Shown one piece after another: positions 1 to 9,922 of a DNA stretch of 64,000 bases. Both the position numbers and the translations under genes were made by a program. Position 1 is the first letter of the stretch. Each line of letters opens with the position of its first letter. A model generated the notes under the pieces. The model was given only the letters and a program-made list of their open reading frames with translations. It had not been told where the DNA came from and searched no databases. The stretch comes from Acidobacteriota bacterium (GTDB lineage: Bacteria; Acidobacteriota; UBA890; WLXD01): assembly GCA_963666055.2 (NCBI GenBank), contig CAXWPH010000015.1:1344001-1408000 (forward strand), read 5' to 3'.

Positions 1-180
1 GGCGACGCGGCCGCCCGGGCAGTCGAGAAGGTTGTCGGTGAGCGTGTGCGCGAGCCCTCGGGTGAACGACCCGGTCATCGGCAGATCGCCGATCTGCGCG
101 GTGGGTGGCACGGTATCGGTGGGCTCGCCGCAGGCGGCGACGATCGCAGCGATGACCGTGATGCCAAGCAAACTGCGCAT
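1..180 (-). CDS. Putative lipoprotein, N-terminal part (runs off the window start)
   Basis: ATG at 180 preceded by AGGAG; translation MRSLLGITVIAAIVAACGEP has a signal peptide with lipobox VAAC; frame open to position 1. Confidence 0.65.
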   Translation of the reverse strand, partial: MRSLLGITVIAAIVAACGEPTDTVPPTAQIGDLPMTGSFTRGLAHTLTDNLLDCPGGRVA

Positions 181-594
181 CGTGGATCTCCTGTCGGGGT
201 GCCATCCGGAGCGGATCGCGGCTACGTTCGCAGCCGCTACCCGACCTGGTTCGGTGGCGGAAGTCCGCCAGACGCAGGGTATCGATCTCCGCTGTCAAAG
301 GAAACGGTGGGAACTGGCTCCCCGGGTCACATCCGGTGTGCCTGACGCGCCGCCTCCAATCAGCAGGGTGGAGGCAATGTGCCGGCGGGAAGATCCGTTG
401 CCGCGCCCCCACGTGAGAGCTATCGTTGCCTCGTCGGAGCCGCGGGGCCGCACAGTTGCCACCGCCCGACGAGACATCGGAGAGCGTGGCGCTTGGTCGC
501 GAACCGGCTTCGAAGCAGCGTAGCCGACCACACGGAACTGTCCACGGCCCCTCGTTTCGGTGTCATCCCTCCTTGTTGCAACGGAAGGTGTCCG

Positions 595-2673
595 ATGCGC
601 CCCGTGTGCTGTCGAGCTCGCTGCCAGGTCCGCATTTTCTCGGTAGCAGTATTGTTTTCCCTCGTGGCGACTGTCGCCGATCACTCGGCGATTGCGGCAG
701 GACAGCAATCCGCTCGGCTCCCCATGACCGTCGACGATGCGCTGCGCTTGAAGCGGCTCGGGAACGTGCTGCTGTCGCCTGACGGCGAACGAGTCTTCTA
801 TTCGGTATCGGAGCTCGACTGGGACGAGAATAGGCGCCGAACCCGCTACTTCATGGTTCCTTTCTCAGGGGGCGAGGCGCGCCAGTACATCAGCGATGCT
901 GGCGGCCGCTCGTTTCGCTTCTCGCCGGACGGCGACCACCTGACGTTTCTTCGCGACGTCGACGATGAAGCGCAGGTGTTCGGCTTGCCAACCGACGGCG
1001 GCGAAGCGCGCCAGCTCACGGCCCACAAGGGTGGGATCGAAGCATACAGATGGTCGCCTGATGGCAGCGCGATCTTCTTTTCCGCTGAAGAGATACGCAG
1101 CGACGACGAGCAACGCGAGCACGACCTCGGCCTCGATCCGGTGTTCGTTGACGAAGCCCCCAACGGCAAGCACGAGGCTCGCTTCAGCAACCTGTGGTTG
1201 CACGACATGGCCTCGGATACGGAGACACGCTTGACGAACGAGGAGCTCATCGTCGGCGCCTTCGACATTTCGCCTGACGGCGGACAGGTGGTGCTCACCG
1301 CACGACCCGACGATCGCACCAACTACCCCTTCCTGTCGGAGCTTTACCTCTACGAGCGGGCGAGCACCCGGCTCATGCGCCTGACCGACAACAACGCCCC
1401 CGAGGACGATCCGCAGTGGGCTCCCGACGGTGGCTCCATTCTGTATCGCGCTCCGTCCGATGCCGACTTCGACCTGAGCAACGGCTACTTCTGGATCATG
1501 GATGTGGCCTCACATCGAGCGCGTCGTCTCGACGGCCAGAACCAGGGCGAAGTCGACAACGTGGCCTGGGCCGCCGATGGCACCGGCATCCTGTTCAACG
1601 AGACCCGCGGCACCAACACGAACCTGTATCGGCTAGATTTCGGATCTGGCGACGTCACCACACTCACTCGTCGTCTCGGCACAATGCGATCGCGAGCCTT
1701 CTCGGCCGACCGGAAGCGAGCAATTTTCTCATACGAGAACTTCACCACTCCTATCGATCTATGGGCGGTGCACCTCGAAGGTGGCGACCCGGCTCGATTA
1801 ACCGATGTGAATCCCGCGATAGGCGACACCATCAGGGTTGTCGACGGCGAAGTGCTCACTTGGGGCGGCAAGAACGACATGAGCATCGAGGGGGTCTTCA
1901 TGAACTCCCTCGACCATCAACACGGCGACACCCAGCCATTGATCGTGCACATCCATGGTGGCCCGGCGGGTGTCGTCACCAACAGCTTCGATGCCGAGTT
2001 CCAGACGCTCGCCGGCCTCGGCTACGCCATTCTGGCCCCCAACGTTCGCGGCAGCAGCGGCTACGGCGATGAGGTGCTGGGCGGCCTCATCGGCGAGGTC
2101 GGCGACGGGGAGCTCTTCGACATGATGGCCGGTCTCGACTATGCGATTGCGAATCGCGACATCGACCCCGAACGTCTTGGTGTGCGCGGCTGGAGCTGGG
2201 GCGGCGTTGCAACCAGCTACACGATCACCCAGACCAACCGCTTCATGGCCGCCTCGGTCGGCGCGATGGTGGGCAACTGGGCCGCCGAAACCGGCCCAGG
2301 CTTCAACTTCGACGTGTCCCTTTGGTATATCGGTGACGCCCCCTGGAGCCACCCGGAAGAATGGGCGAAACGCTCGTCGATCACGCACGTGAGAAACGTA
2401 ACCACGCCGACGATCATCTTCCATGGTGCTCGCGACGAGACCTCGAGTGTCGGCCAGAGCTTGATGTTCTTCACGGCGCTGCGAGACCTCGGCAAGGCTC
2501 CGGTACGCTACATCAAATTCCCACGGCAGGGCCACGGCATCGAGGAGCCGCGGCTGGAGCGCGTGCACCTGGTGGAGGAGATCCGCTGGTTCAAGAAGCA
2601 CATCGAAGGCGTTAGCTGGGAGCCGTGGGAGTTGCCGAAGACAGTGGCAGCCGGAAGGAGAACAGGCCGATGA
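595..2673 (+). CDS. S9 family (prolyl oligopeptidase/acylaminoacyl peptidase-like) secreted peptidase
   Basis: PD40-like propeller (SPDG repeats), HGGP, GWSWGG nucleophile, HGARD and GHG triad motifs; start chosen at ATG 595 after GGAAGG. Confidence 0.9.
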   Translation: MRPVCCRARCQVRIFSVAVLFSLVATVADHSAIAAGQQSARLPMTVDDALRLKRLGNVLLSPDGERVFYSVSELDWDENRRRTRYFMVPFSGGEARQYISDAGGRSFRFSPDGDHLTFLRDVDDEAQVFGLPTDGGEARQLTAHKGGIEAYRWSPDGSAIFFSAEEIRSDDEQREHDLGLDPVFVDEAPNGKHEARFSNLWLHDMASDTETRLTNEELIVGAFDISPDGGQVVLTARPDDRTNYPFLSELYLYERASTRLMRLTDNNAPEDDPQWAPDGGSILYRAPSDADFDLSNGYFWIMDVASHRARRLDGQNQGEVDNVAWAADGTGILFNETRGTNTNLYRLDFGSGDVTTLTRRLGTMRSRAFSADRKRAIFSYENFTTPIDLWAVHLEGGDPARLTDVNPAIGDTIRVVDGEVLTWGGKNDMSIEGVFMNSLDHQHGDTQPLIVHIHGGPAGVVTNSFDAEFQTLAGLGYAILAPNVRGSSGYGDEVLGGLIGEVGDGELFDMMAGLDYAIANRDIDPERLGVRGWSWGGVATSYTITQTNRFMAASVGAMVGNWAAETGPGFNFDVSLWYIGDAPWSHPEEWAKRSSITHVRNVTTPTIIFHGARDETSSVGQSLMFFTALRDLGKAPVRYIKFPRQGHGIEEPRLERVHLVEEIRWFKKHIEGVSWEPWELPKTVAAGRRTGR

Positions 2674-5600
2674 AGCAGCCTCAACTGTGTCGCCGATGCG
2701 TGGCCGCGGTGTTGGGAACGGCGTTGGTCGTGGTGGCACCAGGCCTCCTGGCCCAAGAGCTCGACCCGGCCATGTACGGGGCGCTTCGCTATCGACACAT
2801 CGGGCCAGAAGGCAACCGGGTCATCGCTATTGCCAGCCATCCCGGCAACCGGGACGTCATTTATGCCGGAGCTGCTTCGGGTGGCGTCTGGAAAACGACC
2901 GACGGCGGGCTCAACTGGGACCCGGTGTTCGATGATACCGATGTGGCTTCGGTAGGCGCATTGGCGGTTTCGATCTCCGACCCGAACGTGGTCTGGGCAG
3001 GCACCGGCGAGACCAACATCCGCAGCATGATCTCGAGCGGCAACGGGATCTACAAATCGACCGACGCTGGCAATACCTGGCAACACATGGGGCTGCGCGA
3101 GACGGGGAGAATTGGCCGCGTGGTCATCCATCCGGACAATCCTGACGTCGTCTTTGCCGCTGCCGTCGGGACCGCTTACGGTCCGCAGCAGGAGCGCGGC
3201 GTATTCCGCACCGTAGACGGCGGCGATTCCTGGCAACGTGTTCTCTTCGTGGGCGAGGACACGGGTGCCTCCGACATCGCCATGGATCCGTCCAACCCGC
3301 GCAACCTGGTCGCTGGCATGTGGCCGATCGACATCAAGACCTGGCAGAGAACCAGCGGCGGCCACAACGGCGGCATCTTCGTTACCCATGACGGCGGTGA
3401 CAGCTGGGAGCGCGCCACAGAGGGTTTGCCCGAGCCACCGACCGGAAAGATCGCCGTAGCTTATGCGCCGAGTAACCCCGAGCGCATCTATGCGCTTATC
3501 GAGACCGACCAGTACGAGTTCAAAGGCGTGCTGTGGCGCTCCGACGACGGCGGTGATTCCTGGCAGTTGATCAGTCGCGACCAGCAGTACCACACGCGTC
3601 CCCATTACTACACGCGGCTGGTGGTAGCACCCGACAACGATGAAGAAGTTTACTTCCTCGCGACGCGTCTGGCGCGCACGCTCGATGGCGGCGATACTGC
3701 CTCGATTCTGCGCAACGCGGGTGGCGATCATCACGACATGTGGATCGACCCGGCGATCCCCGACCGGATTCTGCTGGCTAACGACGGCGGGGTTCACATC
3801 AGCCTTAATCGAGCTGGTTCTTGGTACCACCCGGACCTTCCGATTGCTCAGATGTATCACGTCGCCGTCGATGACCAGGTGCCCTACTTCGTCTATGGCA
3901 ACAGGCAGGACGGGCCGACGCGTCGCGGACCGAGCAACAGCTTGGCAGGTGGCAACTGGCACTCGGTCGGCGGCGGCGAGGCTGGCTGGACGATACCGGA
4001 TCCGTTCGACAACAACATCGTCTGGGCCTCCAATGAGCAGGGCGTGCTGACTCGCTACGATCTACGCACCGGCCACACGACCAACGTGCAGGTGTGGCCC
4101 GAGACACCCGTGGGTAAATCGCCGCGCGACATCAAGTACCGCTGGGTATGGAGCTACCCGGTGGTGGTGTCGCGCCACACCCCTGGCACGCTGTACGTCG
4201 GCAGCCAATACGTCCACAAGACAGCGGACGGTGGGCAAACCTGGAACGAGATCAGCCCCGACCTGACCACCGACGACGAGACCAAACAGGTGGACTCGGG
4301 CGGACTCACCTTCGACAACGTTGGCGTTGACTACGGCACGACGTTGTTCGCCATCGGCGAGTCGCCGCTCGACCCCGACATCCTCTGGGCGGGTAGCAAC
4401 GACGGATTGGTTCACGTGACGCGCGATGGCGGCGACAGCTGGACAAACGTAACTCCGAATGGCGACAGCCTGCCACCCTGGGGCACGGTGAGCAGCATTG
4501 AGGCCTCACGCTTCGATGCGGGCAGCGCTTATATCGCAGTCGACCTGCACCAGGTCGACGATCGCGACCCCTACGTGTATCGAACCAAGGATTTCGGCGC
4601 CTCGTGGACGCGCATCACGAACGGTATTCCGCGCAGCATGCTCAGCTACGTGCATGTAGTGCGCGAGGATCCCCAACGCCCCGGCATGCTCTACCTGGGC
4701 ACCGAGAACACCGTCTACATCAGCGTCGACGACGGCGACATTTGGCTGCCGCTGCGCAACAACCTGCCGCCGGCGCCGATCCACTGGCTGACCGTTCAAG
4801 AGCGCTTCGGCGATCTGGTACTCGGCACCTACGGGCGCCGCTTCTGGATTCTCGACGATCTGTCGCCAATGCGGCAGCTCACGTCAGACGTGCTGTCGAA
4901 AGAGCTGCACCTGTTCGAGCCGCGGCCGGCCTACCGGCTTTTGCGCCGCAGCCTGCCGGGCGAGCGGGTTCGCGGCGCGCCCCCCGGGTACGTGGAAGAC
5001 CCTCCTTTTGGCGCCGCGATCAACCACTACCTCGCCAATTCCACCGACCAACCTGCGACGATCACGATTCGCGATCAGGCGGGCAACGTGGTGCGTACAC
5101 TGCGTGGAACGACGAACGCCGGGATCAATCGCTCCTACTGGGACCTCCGACACGAAGAATCGCCCGCAGTGAAGCTTCGTACCCCGCCCCTCGGACACCC
5201 GGGAATCGCCTTCGGGCCTGAGAGCATTCGCTACAACGCCGACGGTTGGCGCGAGCTCGACGTCGAGGGCAGCGGCGGCAACGGCCCGCTGGCGCTGCCT
5301 GGCACCTACACCGTTGAGCTCCAGATCGGCTCGAGGCAGCTCAGAACGAGCCTCGAGGTGCTCAAGGACCCCACTTCGGCGGCCAGTGGAGAGGACATTC
5401 GAGCGCAGCTCGACCTGGCGCTTCGTATTCGCGACGAGGTGAGCGCGTTGACGGCAATGGGCAATTCCATCGAGTGGATCCGCAAGCAAATCGACGACCT
5501 CGAGGATCTGGTGCGAGGCCGCGCCGATATGACCGAGGTCGAAGATGCCGCGACCGCGTTCGATCAGCAGTTGATCGCGCTCGAGCGTGAGTTCTACATC

Positions 5601-5861
5601 CTGCGAACCACCGGGGCATCGGAGAATCTACTGCGCTTTCCCGCCGGCTTGTTTTCGCACTTCCAGATGCTCGGTCGCTACGTGATGACCGGTGACGCGC
5701 GCCCTACACCTTCCAAATACGCGGTGTTTGATGAGTTGTCGGCCCGCCTGGAACAATACAGAGAAGTCTACGGCACACTGATTTCCCGGGACCTTGACGA
5801 ATTCAACGCGATCGTTCGAGCGCATGGGCTCGCCGGCATTGCCGTGCGACCACAGGACTGA
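2670..5861 (+). CDS. VPS10/sortilin-like BNR-repeat glycosyl hydrolase-like protein
   Basis: Many Asp-box repeats (S/TxDGGxxW), signal peptide, ATGA overlap with the upstream stop. Confidence 0.85.
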   Translation: MKQPQLCRRCVAAVLGTALVVVAPGLLAQELDPAMYGALRYRHIGPEGNRVIAIASHPGNRDVIYAGAASGGVWKTTDGGLNWDPVFDDTDVASVGALAVSISDPNVVWAGTGETNIRSMISSGNGIYKSTDAGNTWQHMGLRETGRIGRVVIHPDNPDVVFAAAVGTAYGPQQERGVFRTVDGGDSWQRVLFVGEDTGASDIAMDPSNPRNLVAGMWPIDIKTWQRTSGGHNGGIFVTHDGGDSWERATEGLPEPPTGKIAVAYAPSNPERIYALIETDQYEFKGVLWRSDDGGDSWQLISRDQQYHTRPHYYTRLVVAPDNDEEVYFLATRLARTLDGGDTASILRNAGGDHHDMWIDPAIPDRILLANDGGVHISLNRAGSWYHPDLPIAQMYHVAVDDQVPYFVYGNRQDGPTRRGPSNSLAGGNWHSVGGGEAGWTIPDPFDNNIVWASNEQGVLTRYDLRTGHTTNVQVWPETPVGKSPRDIKYRWVWSYPVVVSRHTPGTLYVGSQYVHKTADGGQTWNEISPDLTTDDETKQVDSGGLTFDNVGVDYGTTLFAIGESPLDPDILWAGSNDGLVHVTRDGGDSWTNVTPNGDSLPPWGTVSSIEASRFDAGSAYIAVDLHQVDDRDPYVYRTKDFGASWTRITNGIPRSMLSYVHVVREDPQRPGMLYLGTENTVYISVDDGDIWLPLRNNLPPAPIHWLTVQERFGDLVLGTYGRRFWILDDLSPMRQLTSDVLSKELHLFEPRPAYRLLRRSLPGERVRGAPPGYVEDPPFGAAINHYLANSTDQPATITIRDQAGNVVRTLRGTTNAGINRSYWDLRHEESPAVKLRTPPLGHPGIAFGPESIRYNADGWRELDVEGSGGNGPLALPGTYTVELQIGSRQLRTSLEVLKDPTSAASGEDIRAQLDLALRIRDEVSALTAMGNSIEWIRKQIDDLEDLVRGRADMTEVEDAATAFDQQLIALEREFYILRTTGASENLLRFPAGLFSHFQMLGRYVMTGDARPTPSKYAVFDELSARLEQYREVYGTLISRDLDEFNAIVRAHGLAGIAVRPQD

Positions 5862-5937
5862 TCGCCGAGCTCAGCGTTCGCGGCCAACAACCAGACGATT
5901 GGTACCGCACCCATAGTGACAACGAAGGGAGTTAGCG

Positions 5938-7218
5938 ATGAAGCAACGGTTGATTGTGCTGGTTGCGACGATGGTTGTCGCCTCGACGGTCCTGGCTCAG
6001 GAAGGACCCGATCCGAATCGTCCCGGGGCGAGGGAGGTGATCGAATACGATGTGCCTGACGAGGTCGATATCGACTACGAGGTGCTCGACAACATCGACA
6101 CTTCGTCGTCGGAGTTCGGCGTCGTGCCGCTACCAGACGAGGTTGGCAAGACCCTGACGGGCCTGTTCAGCAAGTACACGAAGCACGTTGCTCCCAACGG
6201 TAAGCCGATCCACATCCTCGGCCAATCGCGGGTGAGTGATCTACAGATGGCGCGCGCCCGGGAGATTCTCAAATACCACCTCGCGGATGCGCCCGGCACC
6301 CGGTACGGCAGTGACAAGGCTGCCATCGCCAACCGGATGGGGGACGTGCGAGCGACGCTCATCTACACAGACACCCAGGCCAGGGCGTTCGCGATGTACG
6401 ACATCATCGGAGAGTCGGAACTCGCGCTCCAGGACCTGTATGCCACCGAATCTCCCGTGGAGGGCGGCTACGTCTACCTTCACAACGAGGCCGAGGCGGG
6501 AGGCTTCTTCACGCGTGATGCCTCGTACGAGGAAATCCTGCATCTCGTGCATGCCAAAGGCATAGAGGAGGTGCTCCCCGAGTACCATGCGGCGATCGTG
6601 GAAGCCGAGCGGCGCGCCACAGACGCCGGGATCTACAAGTACGGCAGGCTGGCCCCCCACGAGTACATCATCAGCGGCTTCGACATCTACTTTGGCCTGT
6701 GGGACCACGATCCCCAGGGCGACGGGGCCTCGTACGGCGGCGAGTATCCCTACCACACAAGCGAGGAAATGAAGGCAGGCGACCGGCCCCTCTTCGATCT
6801 CATCGACGAGTTCTGGCCCGAGTACCTGACCTACAACGCCTACATCGACCCGTCTTTCGAGGGCACCTTCTTGATAGCCCACGACGAAGGTGTCGAATAC
6901 ACCAACAAGTCTCGGTTCCTGGTTGAGGTCTCGTTGACCGGCTCGAATGATTCGGGGGTCGTGGGGAACGACCAGGACAACGTGCTCACCGGCAATGCAG
7001 GTAACAACGATTTCACCGGGGCTGCGGGAGACGATTTCATCACCGGCGCGGCCGGAACCGATCGGGCCACCTTCGTTGGGGTCGCATCCGAGTATCGAAT
7101 CGACACGAGTGGGTCGACAACGACAGTGGCCGATACGGTGGAAGGTCGCGACGGGACGGACCGATTGACCGGCGTCGAGATCCTCGTCTTTCGCGACAAA
7201 GAGATGGATATCGAGTAA
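5938..7218 (+). CDS. Secreted protein with possible metal-binding EEILHLVH motif and C-terminal RTX-like Ca-binding repeats
   Basis: Signal peptide; GNxxDNxLxGNAGNN, GAAGDD and DGTDRLTGVE repeats. Confidence 0.7.
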   Translation: MKQRLIVLVATMVVASTVLAQEGPDPNRPGAREVIEYDVPDEVDIDYEVLDNIDTSSSEFGVVPLPDEVGKTLTGLFSKYTKHVAPNGKPIHILGQSRVSDLQMARAREILKYHLADAPGTRYGSDKAAIANRMGDVRATLIYTDTQARAFAMYDIIGESELALQDLYATESPVEGGYVYLHNEAEAGGFFTRDASYEEILHLVHAKGIEEVLPEYHAAIVEAERRATDAGIYKYGRLAPHEYIISGFDIYFGLWDHDPQGDGASYGGEYPYHTSEEMKAGDRPLFDLIDEFWPEYLTYNAYIDPSFEGTFLIAHDEGVEYTNKSRFLVEVSLTGSNDSGVVGNDQDNVLTGNAGNNDFTGAAGDDFITGAAGTDRATFVGVASEYRIDTSGSTTTVADTVEGRDGTDRLTGVEILVFRDKEMDIE

Positions 7219-7251
7219 GTAACCATCCTGGAAGTCGCCGGAGGAGGAGGG

Positions 7252-7427
7252 CTAGCAGGCCGTGGTGAAAGTGTGGTGGGTCTGGCGACAGGGTCTTGCG
7301 AAGTGGAGGCAAGGAGAGAGGAGGAGGCGATGGTTACCCCATCGTTGACGAGGAACGACGCAGCATGCGCGCGCAACCCCCTGTCGCCCGAAGGGTTACC
7401 CACCACACTTTCACCACGGCCTGCTAG
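7252..7427. mobile_element. MITE-like element with about 30-bp terminal inverted repeats, flanked by CTAG
   Basis: CTAGCAGGCCGTGGTGAAAGTGTGGTGGGT at 7252 and its reverse complement ending at 7427; no transposase. Confidence 0.8.
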
Positions 7428-8097
7428 CATTCCTCCTCCGAACCGAGCGCAGGCCTCCGCCAGGCTCTCCAGGCTGCCGATGTCGTACCAAGATCCGGTA
7501 AACCGGCTCGCATAGCACGGGACGCGCTCCACCAGCCACGCCAGAAAGTGGCCTGGGGCGTCGTGGCTTCCGTGCTCCAGGTACTCGTCGAGGCGCTTCA
7601 GGTCCTCCGACTGGAAGAAGTAGAGGGCGATCGCGGCGAGGTCGGTGCGGGGCTCCGCGGGCTTCTCGCGAAACTGCTCGATGCGCCCGTCATCCGCCAG
7701 CGTCACCTCGTTATAGCGCGACGGTCCGCTATCGGGCTGCACACGGCGGACGACCAGGGTGGTTCGGGCGCTGGCGCGGAACTCCCGCTGTACCGGCCGC
7801 AGGTCCATGTCGAAGAGGTTGTCGCTGGCGAGAACGACCGCCCCATCTTCGTCTGGGGGCTCGTGCTCGAGCGCCAGGCGGAGGTCACCGAGGGCACCGA
7901 GACGTCCATCGTTCGAGGTCGTTCCGTCGTTGAGGAGCGTGAAGCGAGCCCACGGCTCCAGCATCTCCGACCATTGCTGGAAGTGACCGTAGAAGCGATC
8001 GTTTGTCACGATGACGACGTCGGTCAGGCCGTCGAGGACCCGCAGGCTGGTCCGGGTCGTCATTGGCAATCGCGACGAGACCCAGTCGAGCATTCGT
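7428..8097 (-). pseudogene. Sugar-phosphate nucleotidyltransferase (NTP_transferase) lacking its N-terminus
   Basis: VTN..F, RLGALGD, SDNLF, FREKP and WYDIG motifs; the N-terminal LAAGxxTR motif is absent; the 3' end reads into the MITE. Confidence 0.7.
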
Positions 8098-8167
8098 GAG
8101 TTAGAGTTCACCGAACAACCTCCGCGACCACGACGGCAACCGGTACAACCGAAGGCCGCGAAATAGC

Positions 8168-9700
8168 ATGGATCATTCACGAAAGCGAGCGGAGGACTAC
8201 ATCGACTTGATCGACGCGGCGGTCGTATATGAAGTGGCGACGAGGACCCCGCTCGAACTCGCCGGCAGCCTGTCCGCGCGACTCGGCAACCGGATTCTAC
8301 TGAAACGAGAGGACCTGCAGCCGATCTTCTCGTTCAAGCTCCGCGGTGCGTACAACAAGATCGCATCACTCTCGCAGCGGGCGCTGGGCGCAGGGGTCGT
8401 ATGCAGCTCGGCCGGGAACCACGCGCAGGGCGTGGCACTCGCCGCGCGACGGAAAGACGCGCGGGCGGTAATCGTCATGCCGGTCACGACACCTGACATC
8501 AAGGTCGATGCCGTGATGGCGTTGGGGGGCGAGGTCGTATTGCATGGCGACACCTACGACGATGCCTACATCAGGGCGCGGGAGCTCGAGAAGGCCGACG
8601 GCCTGACGTTCATCCACCCTTTCGACGATCCCGCGGTCATCGCCGGCCAGGGCACGATCGGCAAGGAGATCCTCGAGCAAGCGGACGAAGCCGTGAGCGC
8701 CGTCTTCGTTCCCATTGGTGGCGGTGGGCTTATCTCGGGAATCGCAGCCTATATCAAGGCGAAGCGGCCAGGAATCCGCATCATCGGCGTCGAGCCGGAG
8801 GATTCGGCGGTGATGCGGGACTCGGTCGCCGCCGGAGAGCGCGTCATCCTGGAGCATGTCGGCATCTTTGCCGATGGGGTCGCCGTCAAGCAGGTGGGCG
8901 AGGAGACCTTTCGGCTCTGCCGGGAGCTGGTCGACGATTTCGTCACCGTCGATACGGATCAGATCTGCGCCGCCGTTCGCGACATATTCGAGGACACGCG
9001 CTCGATCGTCGAGCCCGCCGGCGCGCTAGCGGTCGCCGGCGCCAAGCAGTATCTCGCTGAACACGCAGCGCGGGACGAGACGTTCGTGGTGATCAACTGC
9101 GGCGCCAACGTCAACTTCGACCGGCTACGTCATATCGCCGAGCGTGCCGCTGTCGGTGACCAACAGGAGATGTTGCTAGCGGTCGAGATTCCCGAGAAGC
9201 CCGGTAGTTTTCAGAAGTTCTCGGAAGCCGTCGGCCGGCGCGGCGTCACCGAGTTCAATTACCGCTACAGCGACCCGAAGAACGCGCACATCTTCGTCGG
9301 CATCCAACTGCGCCGTGGAGCGCAGGAACGAGCGGAGCTGATCGAGGCGCTGAAGGGGCTCGGCTATCCACTGGTCGACCTGAGCGATGACGAGATGGCC
9401 AAGCTCCACATCCGGCATATGGTCGGTGGCAGGACAGCGAACCTAGAGAACGAACGGCTGTTCCGCTTCGAGTTTCCGGAACGTCCCGGTGCGCTGCTCG
9501 ACTTCCTCACCGCGATCGGCGCGAACTGGAACATCAGCCTGTTCCACTACAGGAATCACGGCTCCGACCACGGCCGGATCCTTGCCGGCATCCAGGTACC
9601 CGAGGAGGAGTCGGACGAACTCGAGGCATACCTTTCCGAGCTCGGCTATCCGCACTGGGAGGAGAGCGACAATCCGGCGTACGCGATGTTCCTGGCCTGA
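8168..9700 (+). CDS. ilvA: Threonine ammonia-lyase, biosynthetic long form
   Basis: KREDLQPIFSFKLRGAYN (PLP lysine), SAGNHAQG, two C-terminal regulatory domains, FHYRNHG. Confidence 0.95.
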   Translation: MDHSRKRAEDYIDLIDAAVVYEVATRTPLELAGSLSARLGNRILLKREDLQPIFSFKLRGAYNKIASLSQRALGAGVVCSSAGNHAQGVALAARRKDARAVIVMPVTTPDIKVDAVMALGGEVVLHGDTYDDAYIRARELEKADGLTFIHPFDDPAVIAGQGTIGKEILEQADEAVSAVFVPIGGGGLISGIAAYIKAKRPGIRIIGVEPEDSAVMRDSVAAGERVILEHVGIFADGVAVKQVGEETFRLCRELVDDFVTVDTDQICAAVRDIFEDTRSIVEPAGALAVAGAKQYLAEHAARDETFVVINCGANVNFDRLRHIAERAAVGDQQEMLLAVEIPEKPGSFQKFSEAVGRRGVTEFNYRYSDPKNAHIFVGIQLRRGAQERAELIEALKGLGYPLVDLSDDEMAKLHIRHMVGGRTANLENERLFRFEFPERPGALLDFLTAIGANWNISLFHYRNHGSDHGRILAGIQVPEEESDELEAYLSELGYPHWEESDNPAYAMFLA

Positions 9701-9781
9701 TGCCGAACCCGTGCTTTTTCGGAGAGTTACAGGCCACTAGTTGCCAGCGCAACTGATCGGGTCGCTGCCACGGAGTCCTTC

Positions 9782-9826
9782 ACCGGTACCCGACTGGGCC
9801 GTTACGAGATCCTCGACCGCCTCGGC
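9782..9826 (+). pseudogene. Ser/Thr kinase N-terminal micro-fragment
   Basis: Translates as TGTRLGRYEILDRLG, matching the kinase start at 59562 (PGTRLGHYEILAPLG). Confidence 0.65.
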
Positions 9827-9922
9827 TTTGTTGCGTCGGCCTCTCGCCGCGGGGCCATGCTAGTCGAGAGCCGGCACCACATCTAAGGGGTTTCCGGTGA
9901 CCGCTTGATACTCCCCAACCCG

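Noticed and set aside
181-594. Riboswitch or ncRNA in the divergent intergenic region
   Set aside because: GC-rich stems are possible but no recognisable riboswitch consensus
6840-7427. C-terminal extension of the 446-aa minus-strand ORF
   Set aside because: Read-through across the MITE and antisense to the RTX-tailed gene
8168-9700. ilvA outside an ilv operon as a novelty
   Set aside because: Standalone ilvA is common
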